Positions 19,732-29,995 are shown, numbered from the stretch's first letter. The stretch: 64,000 bases of DNA from an uncultured Planctomycetaceae bacterium (GCA_963815195.1 CAWFGE010000008.1:448001-512000), one strand, 5' to 3'. Notes: a model not told the origin generated them from the sequence alone. Numbers and translations are program-made.

Positions 19732-20718
19732 TCACGATTCTTGAAAAGTGTTCCGCAGTAACTGGAGGGCGTTGTTGAGCGACTCATCCCTCGAGTTCTT
19801 CCGCCAAATCAGGCGTTCGCTGATGGCAAATGCCTTTCCCAGCCGGCGGATCACAAAGGTTTTCCGGTCCGCCGAAGTGAGCAGCGCCTCGGGCAAAATC
19901 GCCACGCCCACCTGCAGGCGGGCATATTCGCGGGCCGCGTCCCAGCCGCCGCCTTCCACGGCAAAATACAACTCCGCCGAGGGACGGCACGCGGCTTCCA
20001 ATTGTTGCCGGATCCCGGAATCGCGGTCCAAGCCGATCAATTCCCATTGCGGCAGGTAGCTCTTCAATTCCCGCGCCTCCAGCGGCCGGTTCGGGGCATA
20101 GGTTTTCAGGTCAAGGCCGGCGGGCGTCTTTTGATGGGCAATCGCGGCCAGATCGTACTGGCGCAATTCCTCGACCGACAGGACCGAAGCGGGATGCTCG
20201 GCGTCTTTCAAGACGTTTCGGATCTGTTGGGGAGTATGGGTCACAACCGCCAGATCGAACGTCCCGTCGGCCGTTTTGAGGATTCGTCTCTTTCCCCGGT
20301 CGATCCGAATCTCCAGTTCCACGTCGGGATAATCGCGTTGAAACTGGACGACAAACTTCGGCAGGCCCTGGCTCGCCGTAAACGTCCCGCACCCCAAATG
20401 CAACACCTTCGACGTGGGGGCTTCGGCGGCGATGTATTCCAAGATGCGGTCGTATTGTCCGATCAGTTGCCGCATGGCCGGCAGGACCGCTTTGGCATCA
20501 TCCGTCAAAGCCAGCGTTTTTCCCGAGCCATGCAATAATTTTTTGCCGCAGACGCGTTCGGTTTTGAAGATTTTCAACCGGCGGGTGACTACGGGCTGGT
20601 GATCCCCCAATTCCCGGGCCGCGGCGCTCACGCCTCCGCAATCATGAAAGGCGAGCAGGTTGCGGATCGCTTCGAGCGAGGGGCCGCGACGTTTGGCGGG
20701 GCTTCGATTGGCCGTCAT
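19732..20718 (-). CDS. LysR-family transcriptional regulator
   Basis: GGVSAAARELG..QPVVTRRLK HTH, LALTDDA, FQRDYPDVEL, FDLAV, GVAILP. Alternative start at 20769. Confidence 0.9.
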   Translation of the reverse strand: MTANRSPAKRRGPSLEAIRNLLAFHDCGGVSAAARELGDHQPVVTRRLKIFKTERVCGKKLLHGSGKTLALTDDAKAVLPAMRQLIGQYDRILEYIAAEAPTSKVLHLGCGTFTASQGLPKFVVQFQRDYPDVELEIRIDRGKRRILKTADGTFDLAVVTHTPQQIRNVLKDAEHPASVLSVEELRQYDLAAIAHQKTPAGLDLKTYAPNRPLEARELKSYLPQWELIGLDRDSGIRQQLEAACRPSAELYFAVEGGGWDAAREYARLQVGVAILPEALLTSADRKTFVIRRLGKAFAISERLIWRKNSRDESLNNALQLLRNTFQES

Positions 20719-21297
20719 TCCGCGTTCCTTGTTTAAACCCACGAGACAGCCCGGCAACGGCTGTGTCATTTCAATATACGAAAAAGTATATCAAAACCAT
20801 TGTCTATTGCAATAAAGTATATTTCGTATTTATGCTTTTGAAAAAAGATCCCTCTCCAAAGGCCCAGCCGAAATGGAAGTGACCACGTCTCAAAGGCCCG
20901 GCAAATACCAACAGGAGAAGCGCCCATGAGAAGCCCACCGAAGAAAACTCCCGCGCTGTTTCGCGGCGGCGAGGTGCCCGCTCGCCCGGAGCGCGCTTGG
21001 AAAACTTCGGGAGAAAGGGCGGATTTCCAATGAATCCGGGACTGAAACGCTGTATTGTCGTTAGAAGACCCCCAGCAAACGGCCGCCCTGCTCCGACGGT
21101 TTATTAGGCTGTGTCCGGTAATCTCTCCCTGGCCCGAAGCGCAAGCGAGGGAAGCCACGTTCCGGGAAAAATCCTCGCTCGCGCTTCGGGCCAGGGAGAA
21201 TCATCCCAAAATCCGATTCACCGCATCCAGACGAACCCTTTTAACGAAAAGTGGCACAGACATTTTTTGCCGACTTCGAGTTGAAATCGAGTTTTCA

Positions 21298-21612
21298 ATG
21301 AATCCACAAGACTACCGGCCGAAGCCGATCGATACCTCGCACGTCGAGTTGTCCGAGACGATTGCCGCCTTGACGGAGCGACTGGCGGAAAATGCCCATG
21401 ACATCTGGGCCGCGGCCCGCATGGCGGACGGTTGGACGTACGGGACCGAGCGCAAGGACAAGGAGAAGAAACATCCGTGTCTCATCCCGTACGCCGACCT
21501 GCCGGAGAGCGAGAAGCAATACGACCGCAACGCCGCCTTGGAAACGCTCAAAGCGATTATCTCGCTGGGGTATCGCATCGAGCCTGGCGAATGTAACACG
21601 ATGAATCAATGA
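21298..21612 (+). CDS. Stand-alone RyR (ryanodine receptor repeat) domain protein
   Basis: YRPKPIDTSHVEL...ERLAENAHDIWA..R..DGWTYG..R....K.HPCLIPY.DLPESEK.YDR..A.ETLKAI..LGY.I matches the RyR repeat consensus. Confidence 0.93.
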   Translation: MNPQDYRPKPIDTSHVELSETIAALTERLAENAHDIWAAARMADGWTYGTERKDKEKKHPCLIPYADLPESEKQYDRNAALETLKAIISLGYRIEPGECNTMNQ

Positions 21613-23191
21613 ATGACGTCTTGCAAACTCAGGATCGAAATATGTCCGATGGCACAACTCCGCAACGTAAATTCGTGGTTTTTGTCAGTTCCGTGACAAC
21701 GGAATTCAGCAATCTCCGCGAAAAACTGTGGGAATCCATTTACAAGGCGGGGCACATCCCCGTGGTGCTCGAAAAATATTCGGCCGCGCTCGCCGACGTG
21801 CGAGAGTTCATTGCAAACGAAGTCGCCGATTCCGACATCTTTGTGTTTATTTTGGGGCGCGAATACGGACGCGGTTTTCAACCCGATCAGGCCTCGTTCA
21901 TCGATGCCGAGTTGCAACAAGCCGTTCGTTTGCAGATTCCGATCATTTTTTTGAAGGCGGATTACACAACTGCGCACGAAACGCCTTTGTCGCCCGAGCA
22001 ACAAAAAATCGAAGAACTCTATCATTCCCTGTTGGAGAAGGCGCAAAAGCATGCAACCCGAATCATTACGTTTTCGCCGGCAAAAGAGATCAACGCGGAA
22101 TTTGGCGATTTAAGGCAGAACTTTACGAACGCGCTTCACGACCTCGCAGGTTCGCTCCGGACCGGGGGGTGGGTTCCGGCTTCCTGGTTTGAACGAATGA
22201 GCGAACAGATCAGCCTCGGCTCAACCGTCAGCCAAAATCCGTTCTTCGAGCGTTTCGTGAGAAGGCTCGACTCGTTTCAGATTTTGTCTCGCCGCACAGT
22301 GACCTTCGGTGATCAAAAGGAAATGATTGCGAACTTCTTTTGGGACACGATGTTGCCGCGGCTGCCTGTATCCGGCGTGAGGCGGTTGTTTTTCGAGTCG
22401 GGTTCGACGATCGCTTATTTGTCGTATGAATTCGTCCAGCGTACGAAAAAGCCGTGGGTCCGGCATGGATCGACGAAACGGAGCTGGTCGTCAATACGAA
22501 TAACATCCTGACGTACCTGGATTTTGTGCTAGCCGACCCGTATGCCGATCCGATTGATTGCCGTTTGTGGCCTCCGGCACCCGCCGATACCTATTACGGC
22601 GCAACATTTGGGCGGTTGACCTCACTCATTGAGTTATGGCCCCCGGCGGAGCCGCGGGAATTGGCGAAGGATGCGGCCAAAGCGTTAAACGACATGGCCG
22701 ACGCCTTGGAATTTGGAGACGACACGTTGATCCTGATGACCGCATCGGGTTTGGACAACTCGACCGCGGGATTCCAAGGGCCGCATGTGGGAAGTTATTA
22801 CAATATGCTCATTAAGAAGTTCCTGTTGTCCAAAGACGTGCCGACAGCTCTTGTTTTGGAGGACGCCAAAGTCTTTAAGAGCTTCCATAAAGGAAAGTGT
22901 TTTGGCGTATGCGACGGTGGCGGACCCGATAACTGGGAAAGCATCTGCAAAACAAAGCCATTGGCGATCGTAACGTGCGCGTCGAAAGAGAATGCCGAGC
23001 AGCGCCAAGCGGACCTGCGGGACCTCACCTTTGAATTTCAGCATATCGAACCGTTGCCATCCATGCCGGATGATGTGGACGCTTCCGGGGATTTTTTTTG
23101 CATTCTGGCCGCGAATCAGCAGTTTGCGGAACGGTTCGAACTTGACGGAAAGATTAACACCGCGCCTCAAACAAACGCACGAAGAACGTGA
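21609..23191 (+). CDS. DUF4062 (TIR-like) domain fused to a DeoR C-terminal-like sugar-phosphate sensor domain; frameshift near 22462
   Basis: VFVSS..E..R...SDIFVFILGREYG...AELQQA. Then KEMIA, LFFESGST, VVNTNN, LMTASGLD, LEDAKV. One missing G joins ORFs 21609-22511 and 22454-23191. Confidence 0.7.
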
Positions 23192-23206
23192 AAGGGACGC
23201 ATCGAG

Positions 23207-24706
23207 ATGGTGACGTGGACTCTCAAGGCCCGCCGGCGATTGCGGAGCTTGATGGCGCGCCGGCTGTGCCCGCCTCGCGTGATCGGCGACTTAGAGGCCG
23301 AGGCGGCGGATCCCGATCCCGTTGTTCCAGAACGTGCCGCCCTGGCGGCTTTGATGAACGAGCGGCTGATGGAACTGGCACAGATCCTCGAAGAGGTCTT
23401 CGGGGAAGAGGCGCACGTCGTTGTGCAGGACGTGCTCTTGGGATACCGGCGGCACGAGGACCGCTACATTTTGCTCGTCGAGGTGTCGGGGGGAGATCGG
23501 CCGGGAGGGCACGTCGTCAAGATCGGCGCCTATCACGAACTCTTCCCGGAACTGGCCGCTTGGGAGTCGTGCAAGCCCGACGGCCTCGTCCACGATCTGG
23601 TGTTGTTGCCGCTCGAGTGCGGCTATGAGGCCGAGGGAGACGATCCAAATCGCCGAATGGCCCTCTTGTATGGAGCGGCTCATCAATTGATCGGCGTGGA
23701 GTCCATCACGACCTTCGAGGAAGCGGCCCTCACTTCGGTGCTCCACGGCTGGCCGATGTTGGAGTCGATCGGCGTCGTGTTGTGGGAATTGTACGAGCGG
23801 CTGGGGCATTTGCTGTATTACGTCCAATTCGAATACGACCCCGCCAAGGAATACGCGCGGGATCGCCGGAACCGCTATGTCCTTGAGATCGGGCACTTGG
23901 AAGAGAATCTTCGGCTGTGGCACACGGATCCGTTTCGCAACATTCAGCGGATCGTCAACGCGGCCCTCCAGAACCGAATGGGCGGCGGGCAGTTTATCAA
24001 CCCGGTGGATTATTTGGAGAAGACCGTTTTGCAGATCGTCAACTGGTTGAAGGAGGACGGCAAAGTTCACAGAAATGCCAGAGACAACGGACCCCGCCCC
24101 GAAGACCTTGTTCCCGGCATGATGCGCGGCTGCGCGCACGGCGACCTGCACGGGCGGAACATCCTCGTGGGACAGGTTCGCGGACGCGTGCTGTGGCCCA
24201 CGGTTTTCGATTACGAAGACATGGGACCGTGCAACTGGATCGGCTGGGATTTCGTCAAGATGGAAACCGAATTGAAAATCCGGGCCTATCCCAGTCTGTT
24301 CCTGGGGCCATTGTCGCTTCCCGAGAAAGACGGCCCCGAGGACGAGAGCGAAATTCACCCGCACTATGTCGAATCGATCGCGAACTTTGAACAGGAATTG
24401 GCGTCGGAAACCGAACGCTGCCATCAAAACAACCGCTGGCCGCGAGTCGCGGAAGCCGATTCCGCCGAGGCGAGGTTAAAGGCTGTGCTCTTGGAAATTC
24501 GGCACCGAGCCGCGATTCATCTCGGGGACAACTTCGGCCGCCCGAAACGCTGGTTGGAAGAGTATTACTTTTTGTTGGGCTGTTACGGGGTGTCCGTGGC
24601 CCGGTTCGGCAATTTGATCGACAAGCAAACCGCCGCGGCGATGATTTCCGCAGGCGTGGCGTTTGCCCGCCTCAACTGGCCGCGCACCTATTCGGGCGGC
24701 CGCTGA
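23207..24706 (+). CDS. APH/protein-kinase-fold phosphotransferase (TCAD9-like)
   Basis: HVVKIG....E, CAHGDLHGRNILV, VFDYE, WDFVKMETELK. Confidence 0.75.
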   Translation: MVTWTLKARRRLRSLMARRLCPPRVIGDLEAEAADPDPVVPERAALAALMNERLMELAQILEEVFGEEAHVVVQDVLLGYRRHEDRYILLVEVSGGDRPGGHVVKIGAYHELFPELAAWESCKPDGLVHDLVLLPLECGYEAEGDDPNRRMALLYGAAHQLIGVESITTFEEAALTSVLHGWPMLESIGVVLWELYERLGHLLYYVQFEYDPAKEYARDRRNRYVLEIGHLEENLRLWHTDPFRNIQRIVNAALQNRMGGGQFINPVDYLEKTVLQIVNWLKEDGKVHRNARDNGPRPEDLVPGMMRGCAHGDLHGRNILVGQVRGRVLWPTVFDYEDMGPCNWIGWDFVKMETELKIRAYPSLFLGPLSLPEKDGPEDESEIHPHYVESIANFEQELASETERCHQNNRWPRVAEADSAEARLKAVLLEIRHRAAIHLGDNFGRPKRWLEEYYFLLGCYGVSVARFGNLIDKQTAAAMISAGVAFARLNWPRTYSGGR

Positions 24707-25556
24707 TGGAATACGTTTTCAACGTGATCCCTTTCCCAAGTTTGATTTTGGAGAATCGATTGATGCCTGCGACCGCCGGCGAAGTGCTGGAGCATCTCTA
24801 TCCCGGATTTCAGTGGCCTTTGGAAATCGCCATCGGATGGTTGAGAGATGGCGATCCGCAAAAGTTGAAGGAAGCCATCGCGCTTTTGCGCGGCCTGAGG
24901 AAGAATTATCCCGATGCGCCGCAGGTCGGCCAGTGGCTGGTCCTGGCGCTGATTGAAAACCGCCAGCCCAAGGAGGCCGAAACGGTCCTCGATGAAACGG
25001 AGCGATTGTTTCGGTACCGCGATGAGGAACTCTTGTGCCGCTGGGGCCGGCTGTTTCGCGAGCAGGGGGATCAAAATCTCGCGGATGTGGCTGAGGATGA
25101 GACCAACCGCGAAACCGCGATCCTCCTTTACCGGAAGGCGCGGGACAAATACGAAGAGGCTGCGACAGTCCGGAAAGGGCATTACCCGCTGATCAACGTG
25201 GCCGAGTTGTCCCTCACCCTGGCCGGGCTCGTCGATGCCTCGCATCGCGAGGAAGAACTCGCCCGCGCGGAGACCGTCGCCCGCGCCTGCTCGAAACGCG
25301 GGACAAGTGGCCCGTGGACCTGCCCGACGACGAAGTCTGGCATTTGGCCACAGCGGCCCAATGCGAAATGATCCTCAAGGATTGGGAACGCGCCGCGGGG
25401 TTCTATCAACACGCCGCGCGCCACGTTCACTGCCGCGAACGAGACCGCAAGTCGATCCGCCAGGGATGCCGCCGCACGAAAGAAGCCTTCGGGCGGTTCG
25501 ATGTGACGGATTTCGGGCCGTTAAACGATGAGACGGCGGTGTTCGATTCCAATTGA
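24706..25556 (+). CDS. TPR protein, TPR-S/DUF4071-like; frameshift near 25290
   Basis: ELLCRWGRLFR, YRKA..KYEEA, HYPLINVAEL, DEVWHLATAAQ..MILKDWERAAGFYQHA. ATG overlaps the kinase stop (TGATG). Confidence 0.7.
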
Positions 25557-25619
25557 CCGTCAAGCAGCCGAACGAAACAGCCGCTTGATGGGATTCGGAT
25601 TTCGCGTGGCCGATTAAGA

Positions 25620-25922
25620 TCAAGCGACCGAGCGGTTGTCTTCGGGAAGCAAGCGGTGCCGGAGTCGGATTTTCGCGTAGCGCTCCCCCTGGGCATCGTA
25701 GAAATAAACCATGTTGTGGTCGGATGCCCAAATCGCCCCCAGTCGGACGCTCCGCGGTCCTTTGAGGGAAAATTGAATCCCACAATCCCGCCCCCGCCGA
25801 AACAAGGGCATCTCCGTCATCGCAAACTGATCGGGCAGCAGGTTTTCCTTCTCGCAGAGCGTTTGATGAATGTACGACCGCAGTTGGTCCAAGTTCCGAA
25901 TCTCGTCCAGCGATTCATTCAT
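25620..25922 (-). CDS. Conserved hypothetical protein (planctomycete-type)
   Basis: Clean 100-aa ORF with LCEKENL, CGIQFSLKGPR, FYDAQGER. Confidence 0.7.
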   Translation of the reverse strand: MNESLDEIRNLDQLRSYIHQTLCEKENLLPDQFAMTEMPLFRRGRDCGIQFSLKGPRSVRLGAIWASDHNMVYFYDAQGERYAKIRLRHRLLPEDNRSVA

Positions 25923-26080
25923 TGAGGGCCTCAACCTGTTCAATCACACAGAGGATTCACAGTCTGCCGACTTGGGACTCAACCTACCATCGGCGTGGGA
26001 GCACGCTCAATTTGGGGCAAAAACCCATCGGCGTCGCGAATCCTCCCAGCGGGCAAATCGGAGTAACCCGCACAAGCGGG

Positions 26081-26120
26081 AAAGTCGCCCTTCGCTCCGC
26101 GAAGGTAGCGCGAAATGGAG
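26081..26120. repeat. Dispersed repeat AAAGTCGCC.TTCGCTCCGCGAAGGT.GCGCGAAATGG; inverted copy at 44391-44428
   Basis: Two near-identical copies in the window. Confidence 0.8.
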
Positions 26121-26140
26121 GAGATCATCAGTCGAACCGC

Positions 26141-27247
26141 TCAATCGTTCTTGAGAGGCGATTCGTCGAAGTGGATCGTCGTCTCTTCCGAGAGGCCGCT
26201 GCGGTCGCTGGGGGAAACGAATTCCTGAACTTTGCCGTGGAAGCCGTCTTCGATCTCCACGGTCTCCTCGTCGGAATCAAACGCCGACGTGTTTTCGTCG
26301 AGCTTCAAATACACAATCCCCGTGTCGACGCGCTCGAATCCTGCGGACTGCAAAACGGCGAGCGCTCCCGGGTTCGTTTCCGAGGCGTGCGCTTCCACCC
26401 GCGTGACCATTTCCTCCCGCATTCGCCGGCAGACTTCCAACAAGAGTGCCTGCCCGTAACCCCGGCGGCGCTGGTCTTCCTCCACCTTCAAATCGGTGAG
26501 GCCGATGGCTCGTTCCTGCCATTTCTCCAGATACAAATCGAGCCCGAGCACCGTGACTTCGGCCACGGCGTCGCCCCGGTCCTTGGGGACCAGCTGAAAC
26601 CGCACGGAATCCAGCCGCCCGAACCGCGTGATCCACCACCAGGACATTTCGTCCCGCTGGTGGGCGATGGCGAGTTGCATCTTGCGGCGGATGCCCACCA
26701 GCCGCATGTTGACGGGATCGTTTTGCTGCGAGATGTCCTTTTGAAAGACGGCATGCCGTTCGAACGGTTCGTAGCCGATGGTGCGGAAGAATTTGTCCGC
26801 ATCGGGATCGGACAGCAGGAACCCCGAGGGCTGGCTGCCGCCGTAGATTCCAAAATAGAATGGATCGAGAGGCTCGGCGGGGCCGGCGAAGATGTTCGTC
26901 GCCCCGCGGTCTTTCATGTATTCCTCGGCCCGGTCCACCAGTTCCGTGCCGATGCCTTGCCGGCGGTATTGGGGATGCACGAGGACCATGCAAATCACGC
27001 CGGATTCGAGCATCAGCCCGGTTTCGGTGTCGTTGGTTCCAAACCCCGCATGCACGAGGCCCACGACTTTGTCGTCGTCACAGGCGAGGATCAATCCCTT
27101 GAAATCGAAATAGGGCTGGGCGTAGTTCAGCGTCTCAAACGCGTCGCACCTTAAGCCGCCGGCGGCTCCGCGACCGAGTTGGCAGTCCCTCCACAGCCGG
27201 GTGATGTGAGGGGGGTCGGTATTGTGAAAGTGCCGATATTGGATCAC
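26141..27247 (-). CDS. Tandem GNAT N-acetyltransferase
   Basis: VHPQYRRQGIGTEL and VEEDQRRRGYGQAL acetyl-CoA motifs. Confidence 0.88.
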   Translation of the reverse strand: MIQYRHFHNTDPPHITRLWRDCQLGRGAAGGLRCDAFETLNYAQPYFDFKGLILACDDDKVVGLVHAGFGTNDTETGLMLESGVICMVLVHPQYRRQGIGTELVDRAEEYMKDRGATNIFAGPAEPLDPFYFGIYGGSQPSGFLLSDPDADKFFRTIGYEPFERHAVFQKDISQQNDPVNMRLVGIRRKMQLAIAHQRDEMSWWWITRFGRLDSVRFQLVPKDRGDAVAEVTVLGLDLYLEKWQERAIGLTDLKVEEDQRRRGYGQALLLEVCRRMREEMVTRVEAHASETNPGALAVLQSAGFERVDTGIVYLKLDENTSAFDSDEETVEIEDGFHGKVQEFVSPSDRSGLSEETTIHFDESPLKND

Positions 27248-27486
27248 AAATCCGCTTCAGCCTGGGAACAAGGGATGAGAGTGGAGATTCGTTTGATGCG
27301 TGCGCCGACCTGAATCCATGAACCTCTCTGCCACGATACTGAATTTTTTTCGGGGGAGCTAGTGTTGTTTGCCGTTTTGGGGAAAACCCGCGGAGGAATT
27401 CCTGCGCAAACGGAATCGGCAAGATGGGGCGGTTGTTCCGCTCGTACTCCATCAGCGGGCTTACGCCGGCTGCTCGCCGGGACCCT

Positions 27487-28443
27487 TTACGGCAGCAAGG
27501 TTTTGGTGGCTTCGGCGACGGCTTCCGGGGTGAGGCCGTAGGTTTCGAGCAGACCGTCGGGATCCCCGCTCTCGGCGTAGCGGTCGCCCACGTTGACGAA
27601 CGCCATCGGCACCGGTCCCGTCTTGGCGGCGGACATCGCGACTGCCGCCCCCAAACCGCCCGCCGCCAGGTGCTCTTCCGCGACGACGATCCGCCCCGTT
27701 TCGCGGGCCGCCTTGGCGATCGCCTGGTCATCCAGGGGCTTGATGGTGTGCATGTCGATCACGCGGACCGAAACGCCTTGATCGGAGAGAAGTTTCGCCG
27801 CGTCGAGGGCCATCGAAACCATAATCCCGTTGGCGATGATCGTCACATCATCGCCTTCGCGAACGGTGTTGGCTTTGCCGATCTCGAAATTGCAGCCGTC
27901 GGGATAAATCACGGGCACCTTAGGCCGGCCCAGCCGGAGATAGCAGGGGCCTTCGTGGGCGAGCATGGCTTCGGTGGCTTTGCGGGTGGACTCGGCGTCG
28001 GCGGGGACCATTACGACCACGCCGGGCAGCGCACAGGCAAGGGCCACGTCTTCGATGCCCATCTGCGACGGCCCGTCTTCGCCGATGGAAATCCCCGCGT
28101 GCGAGCCGACGAGTTTGACGTTGAGGCCCGGAAACGCCACCGACATGCGAATCTGGTCAAAGGCGTTGCACATCAAAAAGCAGGCAAAGCTCGCGACCAC
28201 GGGGATCTTCCCCGAAGCGGCCAAACCGCCGGCCACGCTGACCATGTTGCTCTCCGCAATGCCCACATTGAACGCCCGGTCGGGATGGGCCAGCGCGAAC
28301 GGTTCGGTGCGGGTGGAGTTCCCCACGTCGCCGTCCACCGTCACCACATTGGGAAACTTGTCGCCCAACGCTTTGAGGGCATCTCCAAACGCATCGCGCG
28401 TGGCCTGCCCCATTTTCAATCCGCTCAATTCTCCGATGGCCAT
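27487..28443 (-). CDS. Transketolase, C-terminal subunit
   Basis: FNVGIAESNMV, GEDGPSQMGIED, DMHTIKPLD, AEEH. Confidence 0.93.
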   Translation of the reverse strand: MAIGELSGLKMGQATRDAFGDALKALGDKFPNVVTVDGDVGNSTRTEPFALAHPDRAFNVGIAESNMVSVAGGLAASGKIPVVASFACFLMCNAFDQIRMSVAFPGLNVKLVGSHAGISIGEDGPSQMGIEDVALACALPGVVVMVPADAESTRKATEAMLAHEGPCYLRLGRPKVPVIYPDGCNFEIGKANTVREGDDVTIIANGIMVSMALDAAKLLSDQGVSVRVIDMHTIKPLDDQAIAKAARETGRIVVAEEHLAAGGLGAAVAMSAAKTGPVPMAFVNVGDRYAESGDPDGLLETYGLTPEAVAEATKTLLP

Positions 28444-28547
28444 GATTCTGCTCTGTTTTATGGAAGGTGTGATGGTTTGAAATTGTCCCGTAGCGGCGGC
28501 TTTGAGCCGCCGAACGGTGGCAGGTTCGCGCCGCTACGATTTGTCCG

Positions 28548-29393
28548 CTACGAAGACAGCAACTGCAATGCTTTCTCCGCCATTTCGGGGGACAGGGGTT
28601 TGCCGTGGAAGTTAACGTCGCCGGCCGCTTCCAAAATGGGCAAAATGCCGAAGCCTTTTTTGGTTTGGGAAACGATGCACTTCGGGCGGTCTTTGACGCC
28701 CGCGGCGGTTTTGAGGGACTTCATCGCGGTTTCCATGTCGTTGCCGTTGACCGTTTGCGTATGCCAGCCGAAGGCTTCCAGCTTCGAGGCAAACGGCGTC
28801 AAATCCAGCACGTCCTTCGTGGCCCCGGTTTGCTGGTAGCCGTTCTGATCGATAATCGCGGTCAGATTGCCGAGTCGATATTTGTGGGCGGACGCGATGG
28901 CTTCCCAGACCTGGCCTTCGCCCATTTCGCCGTCGCCGATCATCACGTAAATCTGGGAATCCCGTTTGTCCAACCGGGCCGCAAGAGCCTGGCCTAAGCC
29001 GAGCGAAAGCCCTTGTCCCAACGATCCCGTGGAGGCTTCGATCCCCGGCAGCCGCTTCATGTTCGGATGCCCTTCCAAGGGGCTGCCCAGCTTGCGGAGC
29101 GTCATCAATTCTTCGGCGGAAAAATATCCGCGCTCGGCCATCGCGGCGTACAGCACAGGCACGGCGTGGCCTTTGCTGAGGATGAACCGGTCCCGCGCCG
29201 GGTCGGTCGGATTCTGGGGATCCAGCCGCAGAAAACCCCCGAAAAACAGCGAAGTGACCATTTCCGTGGCCGACAGGCTGCTGCTGGGGTGCCCGCTGCC
29301 GGCTTCGGTCGTCATGCGGATGATGTGCTTCCGGAGGGTGCGGGCTTTTTCCTTGAGTTCATCAATCGATAAGGTCGTCGCGGAAACTGACAC
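28548..29393 (-). CDS. Transketolase, N-terminal subunit
   Basis: GSGHPSSSLS, DRFILSKGH, STGSLGQG, GDGEMGEG..WE TPP-binding motif. Confidence 0.93.
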   Translation of the reverse strand: MSVSATTLSIDELKEKARTLRKHIIRMTTEAGSGHPSSSLSATEMVTSLFFGGFLRLDPQNPTDPARDRFILSKGHAVPVLYAAMAERGYFSAEELMTLRKLGSPLEGHPNMKRLPGIEASTGSLGQGLSLGLGQALAARLDKRDSQIYVMIGDGEMGEGQVWEAIASAHKYRLGNLTAIIDQNGYQQTGATKDVLDLTPFASKLEAFGWHTQTVNGNDMETAMKSLKTAAGVKDRPKCIVSQTKKGFGILPILEAAGDVNFHGKPLSPEMAEKALQLLSS

Positions 29394-29581
29394 GTCAAAG
29401 TCCTCTGAGGGGCTGCTACGAAAAATCTTTGCCAATCGGTGAACATGCTAACGATCTGGATTCCCGGTCGCAAGGAGCAGGCGTTTGGTTTATGATCCCA
29501 AATAGCGATCTGTGCGTTTCCTTCTTCGGGAGCTTCGCTCTTGACACTCCGCTTCCCCGTTGGCCGGTTTGAGGAGCCGCA

Positions 29582-29995
29582 ATGAACGACCAGCAGTTTA
29601 CACCCGCCCAGTTGTTGGGCTACGTCGACGAACTTTTGCCGGTGGAAATGATGACCGCCATCGAAACGGCGCTGCGGGAATCCGAAGCCCTCCGCCGGCA
29701 CGTGGGGCAGCTCATTCGCCGGCGAGACGCCGGGGAACATTCGGTGGGGCAAATCTGGCAGCGGCTCCGATTGAGCTGCCCAGACCGCGCGGAGTTGGGC
29801 AGTTACCTCTTGGGATCGTTGCCCGATGAGGAACTGGACTATATCGATTTCCACCTGCAAACCGCGGGCTGCCGATTTTGTGCCGCCAACCTGGAAGACT
29901 TGCGGGAATCCTCGCAATCGCCCGCCGGCTCAAAGCAACGGCGAAAGCGATTCTTCCAATCCTCCGCCGGCTATTTGCCCCGCGGCGAGGATTGA
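29582..29995 (+). CDS. Hypothetical protein with anti-sigma-like zinc-finger motif
   Basis: LSCP..LGSYLLG...FHL..GCRFC (HxxxxCxxC); GAGGAG RBS upstream. Confidence 0.65.
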   Translation: MNDQQFTPAQLLGYVDELLPVEMMTAIETALRESEALRRHVGQLIRRRDAGEHSVGQIWQRLRLSCPDRAELGSYLLGSLPDEELDYIDFHLQTAGCRFCAANLEDLRESSQSPAGSKQRRKRFFQSSAGYLPRGED

